Below, one piece after another: positions 47,700 through 58,500 of a DNA stretch of 64,000 nt (the first letter of the stretch is position 1; every line of letters begins with the position of its first letter). The translations under genes were made by a program, and so were the position numbers. Source of the DNA: Sulfolobales archaeon (GTDB lineage: Archaea > Thermoproteota > Thermoprotei_A > Sulfolobales > NBVN01). Location: positions 670 to 64,669 of the forward strand of contig JAWBJE010000006.1 of the NCBI GenBank assembly GCA_038832865.1. The letters run 5' to 3'. The notes beneath the pieces are model-generated. The model was not told the origin of the DNA. It made no database searches and worked only from the letters and a program-made list of their open reading frames with translations.

Positions 47700-48956
47700 T
47701 TGAGGAAGCTGAAGGTTATATTAGTGGTTGCGGATGGTTTGGGAGATAGACCTGTACCGAAGTTAGGGATGAAGACCCCGCTTGAGTTGGTAGACTTTAG
47801 TATGGTGGCCGACCTGCTTCATAAATCCGCTGTAGGTTTGTGGGATCCTATTCAGCCGGGCGTAAGGCCTGGAAGCGATACAGCGCATTTAGCTTTGTTT
47901 GGGGTCAACCCACTCAATAATTACCCCGGTAGAGGTCCTTTTGAAGCCATAGGTGCTGGTGCTGTACTACGTCCGGGAGATGTAGCGTTTCGAGGAAACT
48001 TCGCTACAGTTGATAGAAGCATGACAGTTATAGACAGAAGAGCTGGTAGAAGCATACCGGAAGCGAAGCAGTTGGTCAAGTACTTAAACGAAAACATCGG
48101 TGAAATCGATGGTGTAAAAGTTGAGATATATCATGCAACCGAGCACAGGGTTGCCGTAGTCTTTAGGGGCGCTTCTCTATCCGATGCGGTTAGTGACACC
48201 GACCCCCACATCGAAGGTGTGAAGGTGTTAGAATCCAAGCCTTTAGCGTGTGGTGAGGAGGCGGAGAGAATGGCTAGGATTGTCAATATATTCACCAGAA
48301 GGGTTTACGACTTGCTAAGTGCGTGTCCACTGAACTCTAAGAGAGTCGAAAGAAACATGCCTCCTGCCAACATAATACTACTCAGGGGAGCAGGTAAAAT
48401 GGTGAAGTATCCCAAGTTCTCCGAGAGAAGAGACATAAACCTAAGAAGGGCTGTAGCTATATCAGCTACAGCCCTAGTGAAGGGTGTGTGCGCGCTGTTA
48501 GGTTTTGAAACGGTGACTCCAGATGGTGCTACCGGGGGAATAGATAGCGATATAATGGCTAAAGCACGTACAGCAGTAGACTTTTACAAGCAGGACTACG
48601 ACCTCATCTACGTGCACGTTAAGGGCACGGACTCGGCATCCCACGACGGGAATCCGGAAGCCAAAGTCGGCGTAATCGAGAGAACCTTGGAGGGCATATC
48701 CTATATAGTGGATAGAGTAGATTTAGGAGAAACTGTGATCTCGTTTCTAGGGGATCACACAACACCCGTTACAGTAAGGGATCACACCTCAGATCCAGTA
48801 CCAGTGATGGTTTACGCTCCCGGGATCTTGGCGGACGGATTTTCTAGACTTACGGAGAGAGATGCCAGAAAAGGCTCTCTAGGGAGACTTAGAAATACCG
48901 AGCTATTCGGAGTTCTAATGGACCTTTCGGGTAGAGCCGAGAAGTTCGGTGCCTAA
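47700..48956 (+). CDS. apgM: 2,3-BPG-independent phosphoglycerate mutase
   Basis: ADGLGDRP, PGSDTAHL, YPGRGPFEA, HVKGTDSASHDG, GDHTTP. Confidence 0.96.
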   Translation: MRKLKVILVVADGLGDRPVPKLGMKTPLELVDFSMVADLLHKSAVGLWDPIQPGVRPGSDTAHLALFGVNPLNNYPGRGPFEAIGAGAVLRPGDVAFRGNFATVDRSMTVIDRRAGRSIPEAKQLVKYLNENIGEIDGVKVEIYHATEHRVAVVFRGASLSDAVSDTDPHIEGVKVLESKPLACGEEAERMARIVNIFTRRVYDLLSACPLNSKRVERNMPPANIILLRGAGKMVKYPKFSERRDINLRRAVAISATALVKGVCALLGFETVTPDGATGGIDSDIMAKARTAVDFYKQDYDLIYVHVKGTDSASHDGNPEAKVGVIERTLEGISYIVDRVDLGETVISFLGDHTTPVTVRDHTSDPVPVMVYAPGILADGFSRLTERDARKGSLGRLRNTELFGVLMDLSGRAEKFGA

Positions 48957-51411
48957 CTTGAAGGGCTCCTTCAAGGAAATTAGGGACAAACTCAGAGAGC
49001 TAGTCGCGGGAGATTATCGCGAGCTACTTCAGGCCTTTAAGAGGAGTGTTAGAATGGCGCTAGCGCTTAACCAGCGAAGGATCATAACTCTTTGCGGAAA
49101 AAGCGACTTAAAGTTGGCAGGACTAGCGGCTGAGCTGGTAATAAGGTATCTTAAAATAGTTAAGCAGTTAGAGCAGCGAGAGCGTACCGTGAAAGTCCTC
49201 TACTTCTATCACGATGAGTTCTCGGAAGCGGTAGCTAGGATGAAGCTGATTAGAAAGGTACTGAGGCACTACGCTAAACCTTCAAATAGGGTTACTGTAA
49301 AGCTCGAGGTATCCGTATACGAGAAGAGTATTAAGTATTTAGGAACTACAGTACAAGTCCTAGTGCTAGACCTCCTCAACGATCTGAGACCAAATGACAT
49401 AGGAAGACTGCTCGGGATAGTTGAGGGAGGTGGCATCATATTACTCCTCACACCACCCCACGATGTTTGGCCTGAGCACGTGACTTTATTCAAGCAGAGC
49501 CTAGTTGTGCCAAACCATCCTAAGCCTAGGCACGTCTTTATCCGGTGGTTTATACGCCATCTCTATAGTCACGATGGAATAATCATCTATGACGTAGAAA
49601 ACAATAAGCTATTAAAGGGTGACATCTATACTGAAAAAAGCGTCGAGAACCCAAGGGGCAAAAAGGAGCTAGAGCTACCCCAGGTAAGGCTTTTTCCAGA
49701 CGAGCTTTACAGACTCGCATTAACTCAAGATCAGGTCACCGTTATTGAGGCTATCGAGAAGAATATGGTTGAAAAGCTTAGGGAGTTTAAGCATCAAGTA
49801 GTCGTAGTTATAGCTGATAGGGGAAGAGGTAAGTCGTCAGCTGTCGGAATAGGTGTTGTAGGGTTAATACGAGAGCTTCTAAAGTTTAAGAACAGAGTTA
49901 GAGTAGCGGTGACTGCCAACGAGCCTAGCTCTATACAGTCAATGATGCTTCTTGCGACTAAAGCTTTCGATGCCCTAAAGAAGGAGTACAGGGTTGTGAG
50001 GAGAGAAGGCTTCATAATTGAGATAAAGGGTGATAGATTTAGCATAGAGTACTGGCCCCCACTGGACATACTCAAGCTGAGTGTAGACGTAGTTGTAGTT
50101 GATGAGGCAGCTGGAATTCCGGTACCTCTACTTCACAAGATCTGGAGGAAGTTCAAGCGTACTATATTCTCTACTACGATACATGGTTACGAAGGCGCCG
50201 GGCGAGGATTTTCTGTGCGTTTCTTAAAGAGGATAAAAGAAGACAAAAAGACTAAGCTAGTGCTAGTCGAGATGAGCGAACCGATAAGGTACTCAGCTGA
50301 CGACCCAATAGAGAAGTTTCAGTTTGATGTACTTCTCCTAAATGCGGAGCCCGCAGAGCTTACAGCAGAGGACATAGAGTCTATAAAGAGGGGCGAGTAC
50401 TCTTACGTTGCTTACGAGCCTGAGGAACTCTTTAAAGCAGAAAACGAGACGCTCTTAAGACAGCTGTTTGGTATTTACGTTTTAGCGCACTACAGAAACG
50501 AACCGGACGACCTAGGAATGATAGCAGACGCTCCACATCACACAGTGAGGGCTATGGTTCTAAAGAACGGAAAAGTCATAGCAGCCGCACAGCTAGCTGA
50601 AGAAGGGGGTCTGACGAGCGAATATATTGATGAGCTACTTAGGGGAGGCAAGATATCTGGGAACATAATACCCGATAGACTCCTAAAGCACCTCAGGAGG
50701 AGGGTCTTTGGAGAGGGTATTGGATGGAGAGTTGTAAGAATAGCTGTCCACATAGATGCGCAAGGTATGGGCGTAGGGTCCGAGTTTATCAAGAACATCA
50801 TCAATGAGGCTAAGTCTAGAGGCTATGACTGGGTAGGTGCGGGTTTTGGTGTAACGTATGAGCTTCTTAATTTCTGGCTTAAAAACGGGTTTAAAGTGCT
50901 TCACATATCCCCAGAGAGAAATCCTGTAAGTGGTGAGTATACAGCTCTCGTAATACATCCACTTTCGAAAACGTGGAAAAAAGCGGTCGAGGACTCCTTA
51001 GAGGACTTCATCGTAAAGTTCGTCGAGTCTCTTTCAGCGGTTTATAAAGACTTTGAGACCGATGCCGCTTACCTGATACTGAGTTCTTTAGAAAAACCTC
51101 TCGAGATTTCTAAAGTAATAGACTTGAGAGATACCCAACTGGAGAGATTGTCTCTCTATATATCGGCTGTTTTCACTCTGGAAGTCGTCTTTGATTCCGC
51201 AGTTCTAGCCGTTAAGAAGCTCGTATACGAGGGAAAACTAGGTCAAGTGGGACAAAGGAGCGGTCAGCTGCTGGTAGCCAAAGTACTTCAAGGCAGGTCA
51301 TGGGAGAGCATATGTGAGGAGTTCAGTATGAGTAGAGCTGCTGCTGCTAGCGCTGTTCGAGCGTCTTTAGCGAAAGTTCTTGAGATCCTCTTAGGGAAGT
51401 CAAGTGCGTAG
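48949..51411 (+). CDS. tmcA: tRNA/rRNA cytidine acetyltransferase TmcA/Nat10
   Basis: ADRGRGKSS, VDEAAGIP, TIHGYEGAGRGF, LAHYRNEPDDL, RVVRIAVH GNAT domain. Confidence 0.96.
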   Translation: MPNLKGSFKEIRDKLRELVAGDYRELLQAFKRSVRMALALNQRRIITLCGKSDLKLAGLAAELVIRYLKIVKQLEQRERTVKVLYFYHDEFSEAVARMKLIRKVLRHYAKPSNRVTVKLEVSVYEKSIKYLGTTVQVLVLDLLNDLRPNDIGRLLGIVEGGGIILLLTPPHDVWPEHVTLFKQSLVVPNHPKPRHVFIRWFIRHLYSHDGIIIYDVENNKLLKGDIYTEKSVENPRGKKELELPQVRLFPDELYRLALTQDQVTVIEAIEKNMVEKLREFKHQVVVVIADRGRGKSSAVGIGVVGLIRELLKFKNRVRVAVTANEPSSIQSMMLLATKAFDALKKEYRVVRREGFIIEIKGDRFSIEYWPPLDILKLSVDVVVVDEAAGIPVPLLHKIWRKFKRTIFSTTIHGYEGAGRGFSVRFLKRIKEDKKTKLVLVEMSEPIRYSADDPIEKFQFDVLLLNAEPAELTAEDIESIKRGEYSYVAYEPEELFKAENETLLRQLFGIYVLAHYRNEPDDLGMIADAPHHTVRAMVLKNGKVIAAAQLAEEGGLTSEYIDELLRGGKISGNIIPDRLLKHLRRRVFGEGIGWRVVRIAVHIDAQGMGVGSEFIKNIINEAKSRGYDWVGAGFGVTYELLNFWLKNGFKVLHISPERNPVSGEYTALVIHPLSKTWKKAVEDSLEDFIVKFVESLSAVYKDFETDAAYLILSSLEKPLEISKVIDLRDTQLERLSLYISAVFTLEVVFDSAVLAVKKLVYEGKLGQVGQRSGQLLVAKVLQGRSWESICEEFSMSRAAAASAVRASLAKVLEILLGKSSA

Positions 51412-51460
51412 CTTAACTCGGTAGTTTTAAGCTGGCTTAAGCTATGCACTCGGGATACAC

Positions 51461-52135
51461 ATGAATGTCAAGTGGTTAGGTCATGCGGCATTTTACGTAA
51501 CAATTAGTGGAGTAAGGTTTTTGATAGACCCTTGGCTCAACAACCCGGCTTACACGAGTAGGCCGGAGGATTACGCTGATGTAGATTACATAGTGGTAAC
51601 ACACGATCACGATGACCATTTAGGGAACTCTCTAGAAGTACTAAGGGCGGCACCTAAAGCCAAGGTGATCTCCGTATACGAGACTGCGACATATATAGGA
51701 GAGAAAGTCGGTATGGATAGGGTTATTGGAGCAAACATAGGTGGACCGATAAGGTTGTCGAACGGTCTATCGGTAATACTGACACCAGCGCAACACTCGT
51801 CAAAGCGAGGCGCACCCGCTGGAGTAGTGATAAGGTCTAAGGAGGAAGCTCTTTACCATGCTGGTGACACGGGAGTTTTCTACGACATGAAGCTAATCGG
51901 TGAACTGTATAAGCCTAAGGTAGCTCTTCTACCGATTGGAGGGCACTTTACTATGGGCCCAGAGGAGGCAGCTCTAGCAGTAGACTTTATTAGACCTAAA
52001 TACGTCATTCCAATGCATTACGGCACGTTCCCGGTACTCTGGGGAACGCCTCAGGAATTCGTAGTCGAGACTAAGAAGAGGGGGTTGGCCGTAGAAACAG
52101 TGATCCTTAAACCAGGGGAGGAGGTATTGCTGTAG
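51461..52135 (+). CDS. Metallo-beta-lactamase-fold hydrolase (UPF0173)
   Basis: WLGHAAF, THDHDDHLG, YHAGDTG, PMHYGTF. Confidence 0.93.
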   Translation: MNVKWLGHAAFYVTISGVRFLIDPWLNNPAYTSRPEDYADVDYIVVTHDHDDHLGNSLEVLRAAPKAKVISVYETATYIGEKVGMDRVIGANIGGPIRLSNGLSVILTPAQHSSKRGAPAGVVIRSKEEALYHAGDTGVFYDMKLIGELYKPKVALLPIGGHFTMGPEEAALAVDFIRPKYVIPMHYGTFPVLWGTPQEFVVETKKRGLAVETVILKPGEEVLL

Positions 52136-52374
52136 TTATGCCGATAATCCCTCGGTACTCCGTCATTGCTACATCTCATCAGACTCTAAGTTTACTAGGT
52201 AATCGATACTCTCAACTCCATAAGCGCCAGGTAGTGCTGACCTTGCTACTGAATGCTTTAAGTGTCCTGTTGCTCTACACCAATTCCGCATACTAGCTAC
52301 ACGATAGAAACCAAACCTCCATTACTTCTAGCTTTTAAGCTTTTACCCTAAGCTCTTATGGTGCTGAAGCTAGA

Positions 52375-52854
52375 ATGAATAAGAGGAAGAAGAAAGGTCA
52401 GTCGCATTCAACGAGGCCCTCAACTGGAGTAACACCTAGATGGATTCAGTTCACACCTGAGGAGGTCGAGGCCATTATAGTAGAGTTAGCTAAAAAAGGA
52501 TATCCACCATCGATGATTGGAGTAATTTTGAGGGACCAGTACGGGATCCCGCTGGCTAAAATTGTTGTAGGGCAAAAGATCCAGGAGATTCTCAGAAAGC
52601 ATGATGTAAAGTTAGTTCTGCCGGAAGACCTCTATAATCTGATAAGGAGGGCTGTAAACTTGAGAAATCACTTGGCAGTCCACCCTAAGGACACACATAG
52701 TCTGAAGGGATTAATAGAGATAGAGTCCAAGATCCACAGGCTAGTTAAGTACTATAAGAGAGTTGGAAAGCTTCCTGAGGACTGGTCTTATAAACCCGAA
52801 GAGGCGTCCGTGATAGTTTCCCAGCCGTTATACAGACTAGAAGGTAGTGAGTAG
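52375..52854 (+). CDS. rps15: 30S ribosomal protein S15 (uS15)
   Basis: KGQSHSTRP, IGVILRDQYGIP, ESKIHRLVKYYK. Confidence 0.97.
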   Translation: MNKRKKKGQSHSTRPSTGVTPRWIQFTPEEVEAIIVELAKKGYPPSMIGVILRDQYGIPLAKIVVGQKIQEILRKHDVKLVLPEDLYNLIRRAVNLRNHLAVHPKDTHSLKGLIEIESKIHRLVKYYKRVGKLPEDWSYKPEEASVIVSQPLYRLEGSE

Positions 52855-53962
52855 GGAGATTTTGGGGTTAATACCGCAACAGAGGAAGGAGCAATACCGC
52901 ATCAAGAGCCTAATCGAAATAGTCCGTAAAGGAGAGCCTCTGGTAGTAGTTGGAGACGTCAATGCTGAGGCTCTAGTGTCATGCGGAATAATAATGCGGA
53001 CGCTGAGAACTCTCGGGATAGACTTTGAGTTCTATCTTGCGGTAGATCCCGTAGACTTCAGTCGGTTAAATAACAAGGTCATAGGTGTCGAGGCTTACAT
53101 ACAGAACTGCGCAAATTGCCTAGAACTAGCTGAACTCAGGTCAAGAAAGCATTCTCAGCACGTGTTTTACGTGGTTTTAGACCTAGTGCGAGAACTAGTC
53201 ACTCTCTCACGAGAGGAGTACACTCTCTTGCTATCTTCTGCCCTAACGAAGTACACACCCAGGTCTATAACTGGCAACCCTAGTCAAGAAGTACAGGAGC
53301 TCGCAAGCAGTATGGCGAGCTCCGGCGTCTTGCGGGAGGTGTCAGCGCCTAAGCTCATAGGCTGGGGTTCGATGTCTCTGGAGGATGTGGTAAGGTATAG
53401 TGTCGACGCATGTGTTCTGAAGTATTTCGGTAAGCCTGTTAGCAAGGTAACTGAGAGCGATATAGCTAGAGAGCTTAAAGTGGATTCGCTTAAGTCTTTA
53501 GAGGACAAGACCTACGTTCCAAGCTACGATGCTGGCATCGTGGACCTCTACGAGGCTGCGTATGTCATTGAGTACGCTACGGACGTTGAGGGACCGGTGT
53601 ATACAGCTTTCATGCCTCTAAACTACGATTACTTCCTCTGGGCAATAAAGACTTTTAGGGAATCCATAGGGATAATGCGTGAGTGCGTAGATTCCTTTCT
53701 TGAGAGACGTTTTGAACGCGAGGGTTCTTTCTATATCATAGAATGCGACTTTGAAGCTTCTGGAACGGTTGTAACGAAGATACTAAGAGGGCTAAGGCTT
53801 ATCGAGGAAAACGCTATAGTGGCACTGAGAGTGGCAAATAAGCTCTACATACCACTACAGATCTTAACTCGTGCGCAGAAAGCAAAGCTTTCAGGCTCGA
53901 AGCTTGAAGGAGGCTATGCCGTAGTAGATAGCGGCACTTTGGCTAAACTTCAGAGAGCTTAG
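52847..53962 (+). CDS. Degenerate RecJ/DHH-like protein (probably inactive)
   Basis: Position after rps15, where a DHH gene commonly lies; DVNAEALVSCGI resembles motif I (DADG), but no DHH motif. Confidence 0.55.
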   Translation: MSREILGLIPQQRKEQYRIKSLIEIVRKGEPLVVVGDVNAEALVSCGIIMRTLRTLGIDFEFYLAVDPVDFSRLNNKVIGVEAYIQNCANCLELAELRSRKHSQHVFYVVLDLVRELVTLSREEYTLLLSSALTKYTPRSITGNPSQEVQELASSMASSGVLREVSAPKLIGWGSMSLEDVVRYSVDACVLKYFGKPVSKVTESDIARELKVDSLKSLEDKTYVPSYDAGIVDLYEAAYVIEYATDVEGPVYTAFMPLNYDYFLWAIKTFRESIGIMRECVDSFLERRFEREGSFYIIECDFEASGTVVTKILRGLRLIEENAIVALRVANKLYIPLQILTRAQKAKLSGSKLEGGYAVVDSGTLAKLQRA

Positions 53963-54017
53963 CTACATTTTAGCTATGATGTTGTAACTTAAAAGCCAAG
54001 TTTAGCATTTATTATAG

Positions 54018-55190
54018 GTGTCTCGTATTGTGGAAGAACCTGTTCGAGTAGGTCCCTGGGCGGCTGAAGCGTTTGTAGACTACGAAAGGCTACTAAAGGT
54101 CTTTGGAGCTAAACCGCTAACAGATTCCGAGGTGCGGTACCTCGAAAGGCTCGCAGGAGAGTCGCACACTATGCTTAGAAGGCGGGTGTTCTACTCTCAT
54201 CGCGACCTAGACGTCTTCTTAAATAAATATGAAACTGGGTACAGGTGCGCTTTATACACGGGTAGAGGTCCTTCAGGTTCTACGCACTTAGGTCACATCT
54301 TACCCTGGATATTCACTCGGTGGTTACAGGAGAAACTGGGGTTAGATCTCTTTTTTCAGATGACGGACGACGAAAAGTTTCTACATGAAGAGAAGCTGGA
54401 TCTCCTGGAGAGCAATAGCTTTGCGTACGAGAACTCTTTAGACCTCATTGCTCTCGGATTCGACCACAGGAAGACTCACATAATAATAGATACCGAAGAC
54501 ATAGGTTATCTGTATCCCATAGCGGTGAGAATCGCAAAGAAGCTCACATATTCAACACAAAGGGCTACATTCGGATTCGCTGACTCAACCAACGTAGGAC
54601 TAATATTCTACCCGGTTTTACAGATTGCCGTGTCGTTTCTCCCAACTGAGCTATTTGGTGAAGAGACGTACGTCTTGATACCGGCAGGTATAGATCAGGA
54701 CCCGTACTGGAGAATAGCTAGAGATATAGCACAAAGTCTAGGCTATCCCAAACCATCTCAGATTCACAACAAGCTACTCCCAGGATTAGGTCCGGAGGGG
54801 AAGATGTCCTCCTCTAAACCCGAGACTGCTATATACACCACGGATCCTCCAGATGTTGGCGCCCAGAAAGTCATGAGAGCCTTCACGGGTGGTCAACCAA
54901 CTATAGAGCTCCAGAAAAAGCTTGGAGGCAATCCGGACCGCTGTTCTGTCTACAAAATGTATGAGATGCTGTTTGAAGATAGCGACGCAGCGCTTCAAGA
55001 AAGGTACTGGAGTTGCCGTACCGGCTCTCTAATATGCGGGGACTGCAAAGCAGAATTAGCTTCTAGAGTTCGAAAGTTTCTAAAGGAATTTCAGGAGAAG
55101 AGAGAAAAAGCCAGAGACCAGGTGGACATGTATCTCATTAGAGCGAAGTTCGACAAGCCAAGCCTAAGAAGCCGCATTGTCTTACGTTAA
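54018..55190 (+). CDS. trpS: Tryptophanyl-tRNA synthetase
   Basis: YTGRGPS..THLGH, QMTDDEKFL, GIDQDPY, KMSSS, AFTGGQ. Confidence 0.97.
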   Translation: MSRIVEEPVRVGPWAAEAFVDYERLLKVFGAKPLTDSEVRYLERLAGESHTMLRRRVFYSHRDLDVFLNKYETGYRCALYTGRGPSGSTHLGHILPWIFTRWLQEKLGLDLFFQMTDDEKFLHEEKLDLLESNSFAYENSLDLIALGFDHRKTHIIIDTEDIGYLYPIAVRIAKKLTYSTQRATFGFADSTNVGLIFYPVLQIAVSFLPTELFGEETYVLIPAGIDQDPYWRIARDIAQSLGYPKPSQIHNKLLPGLGPEGKMSSSKPETAIYTTDPPDVGAQKVMRAFTGGQPTIELQKKLGGNPDRCSVYKMYEMLFEDSDAALQERYWSCRTGSLICGDCKAELASRVRKFLKEFQEKREKARDQVDMYLIRAKFDKPSLRSRIVLR

Positions 55191-55558
55191 AACGCTAGAC
55201 CTATCGCTTCCCACTCTACGAATTTAGGTGTTTAGATAGCCTCATGTGGTTGTTTCAGATCTCTCCTTTGTTCGCATCGGCTGGTATAGTGGAAGCGCTC
55301 ACACGGTGGTGCGCGGGGAGTAGTGACCATCTCGTTGATCGCTCGATTACTTGCGGTAAAGCTACATAGGGAGCTAAGAGAACTAAGTTTAAATAAATTA
55401 AAACTTCTTAGTATCTTTAAGGCAATGGCGTAGCCGACGATAAGGATTTGGGGAAAATAATATTAGAGTAAAATACGAATAACGATGAACGACTAAAGGT
55501 GTGAAGGCGTTTAAGCTGAGGAAAATTTTAAAGTAGGAGAGGTTGAGGACGGTGTAAT

Positions 55559-58500
55559 CTAGAAAATCTCTTCCGTTGTCACAAGCCTTTCGGCCAACTT
55601 AGTCCTTAGCTTTAAGGCTACTACGACTACCGCTATAGCTACGACGGTGAATGCGATAACGTGTGTGAACCTGCCAACCAGTGTTATTAGAGTCGGTCTT
55701 AATCGTGGAGTTAGAGTACTATCTCTATCTAGATAGATCGTTTCTGAATACTCTAGGTAGCCTCCTTTTAGAATTCTTATAAGTGAGGCACCGGCGGGTA
55801 TGTTAATCCTGGCTTCACCGTTCTCATTAGTATACATCGACGATATCTCTAGCCCAGTATTTGGGTCGAGAACTTGTACGTATGCGTTGCTCAGTCTCTC
55901 CTCTAAGTCGTTTACCACTATTACTACAAGAGTGTACAACCTCCTGTTTAACCTAAGAGTATAGCTAACGTTAGAGAATACACTAATGGTTATTGGCGAC
56001 GGTGTTGCGTAAATCTTCTCGGTCGTGTCAAGTGGCGTTATTGTAAGCAGGTACTTACCGTAGGGTACAGATAGGTTGAAACCTCGAGATGAGGTAATTC
56101 CGTCAACTACCAAAGTTACTGTTGTGTTCAAACTAACCCTGAATCTTCCTTCCAAGTACCCGCGGGCACTGATGTCAGTAAACTTCAAGGTCACAGTGTA
56201 GTTTCGTCTAGAGATATCGAGTACCAGCCTACTGTTCGAAAGTAAGCTGATAGCCTTCTCAAGAGGGGTATAACTGTTTGGATTTTCCTCGGTAGGTTCA
56301 ACTCTAATGACGTAGTTTGCCGCTCTCAGAGGGAGTGAAATACTTGGTGCGGTTGTTATTGTGTAGAGACTGCCATTGATCAAGACTCTTAATGGTACTA
56401 CAGGCTTTTCAGAGAACTTGTCTCTGAATGAGATTTCGAGAATATAGACTTTTCTAAATACTAACACTGGCACCTTTGCGTCAGAGACTAGAGCGAGCTC
56501 AGCTATACCAACTGAGTAAATGTTAGCATGCTCTTCTACTGGCACAACTTCAATTACGTAATAGGCATATGGAAGACTTATGGTCTTTGGTAGCAAGCCT
56601 CTATAAGCTTCAGTTCCGTTAATGTATACGGATGCTTTAATGGGGACCTCTAGTCTGGTGAGCTCGTCGAGAGCCGATATAGTGAGCTCATATGTTACTC
56701 TATCAATAACGACGTCTAAGACTGTACTTCTATTGATAACCACTGTAAAGGAGCGCTTACTGTATATGCCACTCGCCTCTTTTGACGGGGCAATAGTGAC
56801 GTTGACTGCTCCTGAGGGAACAACTACTGAGAGAACCGACTGTTGGTCTAGATAGTTCGCTGAACCGTTAATGTAAACAACTAAGCGGGCCTCTATCGCT
56901 CGCCTAGTTAACCCATCGATAAACAGCATTGTTAGATTGTACCGTGCTCTCTTAAGGACTATGGTTACCGTCATATCTGCTTCTACCTTAATCTGAGTTC
57001 TGTAAGTCGGATAGTATTGGTCAAGAGATTCTACGATGATTTCGTGATAGCCGTAGAGTAATCTCAGGTTTACTCCATCTGGTGCTCTATAGCCGTAAAT
57101 CTTCCCGTCTACAATTACGTTTAGCCTCCCGAGCGGGGTACCTCCGAATTCGTCTCTCAGTAAGAGACCGACAGAGAAGTCTCTGTACTTTAGACTCGCT
57201 AGTATTATGATGTTCCGACACTTTTCCTCACAGTATTGGACGTCAACTACAGTAGTGTAATTGCTCATGTAGTCCTTTGGCGGGATTACGGTTATAGCGT
57301 ATCTCATGCCGGGGATAAGGTTTGTAAACTCCACGTCGTCTCGCGTAAATATCTTAGTTAAGCTCTTCTTTCTACTCCCAATTTCGTACTCTAAAACTAC
57401 TTTGGAACCGTTAACCCATTCCTGAGGAGCTGGTGGTAATACCCTAACGAACAACGATGGAGCTACGTAATTGCTTAAGTTTATTGGCGTAGGCGAAGCT
57501 ATAGCTATCCCCAAGTTCATAACTACATAAAGCTTGGATGGTGTCACTAGTGCCAATAGCCCAGCTCCAGGTAGCGACGAGGCTGAAATTAGCCCCTCAA
57601 CCGAGAACTCGGCTTGAAAACCGACTCTCAGTATCGGTAACTGGTATGGTGTAAGGGTTACAACCTGAACACCTCTAGTGGAGAAAGTAAAGTAAGACGA
57701 ATAAGACAGCGGCAACATTCTCACTAAGGAGCCCAGGGTGACTATTGCTTGAGCGAAACTGTATCTGTTCCTTAAGCTATCAAACTTGTAGTGCTTAACC
57801 CTACCGTCAGAGAACCCCACGACTATGTCGTCCCTAGAGTATGCTATTACGTCCACGATGGATACTGGCGTCATTCCCAGGTAATCTATGCCAACAGGGG
57901 TATAGGGCTGCAAATTGAGTGCGTAATCAAGGTTATAGAGCTCCATGTAGGTTCTATTCATTAAGGCAATTATGTAACCTCCTCCGTAGTCGATAAAGTG
58001 AGGTAGAGTTGCGGTAGGATAAAACCCTTTATCTAAAGACCTTATAACTCTATAACCCGCTGGAGCGTTGGTGACGTCCAGAAAGTCTACGTAGTATTTG
58101 GCGAAAAACGGAGTTCCGTATACTTCCTCTGCTGCTTCAGTAGAAGCTTTTTCAGGTATAGTTACTTCGACCTTGAATCTCCTTGCTATAGCTGATGTAT
58201 TGATATTCTCACTAACAAGAAACCTTTTAGTTACTCCTATTACTGTTATATTGACTAAATAGCCCCTAGGTATTGGTATAAGAGCCCTGCCATCGCTGTC
58301 AGCATTCCAGCCGTAAACTCTTCTTGCCTTAGTGACAGGATCCTGAAGTGACACCTCGATTAGCGCTCCTCCGGCAGGTTCAATTAGAGTTGCGTTAACG
58401 AAGTAACTCACGTTTAGCTCCGCGATTACCGCATCTATATAGGGCGCCCAAAAGAGGGCTATACAATCGGCTCTATAGTAGTAGCCGTCGGGAGTGTAAA

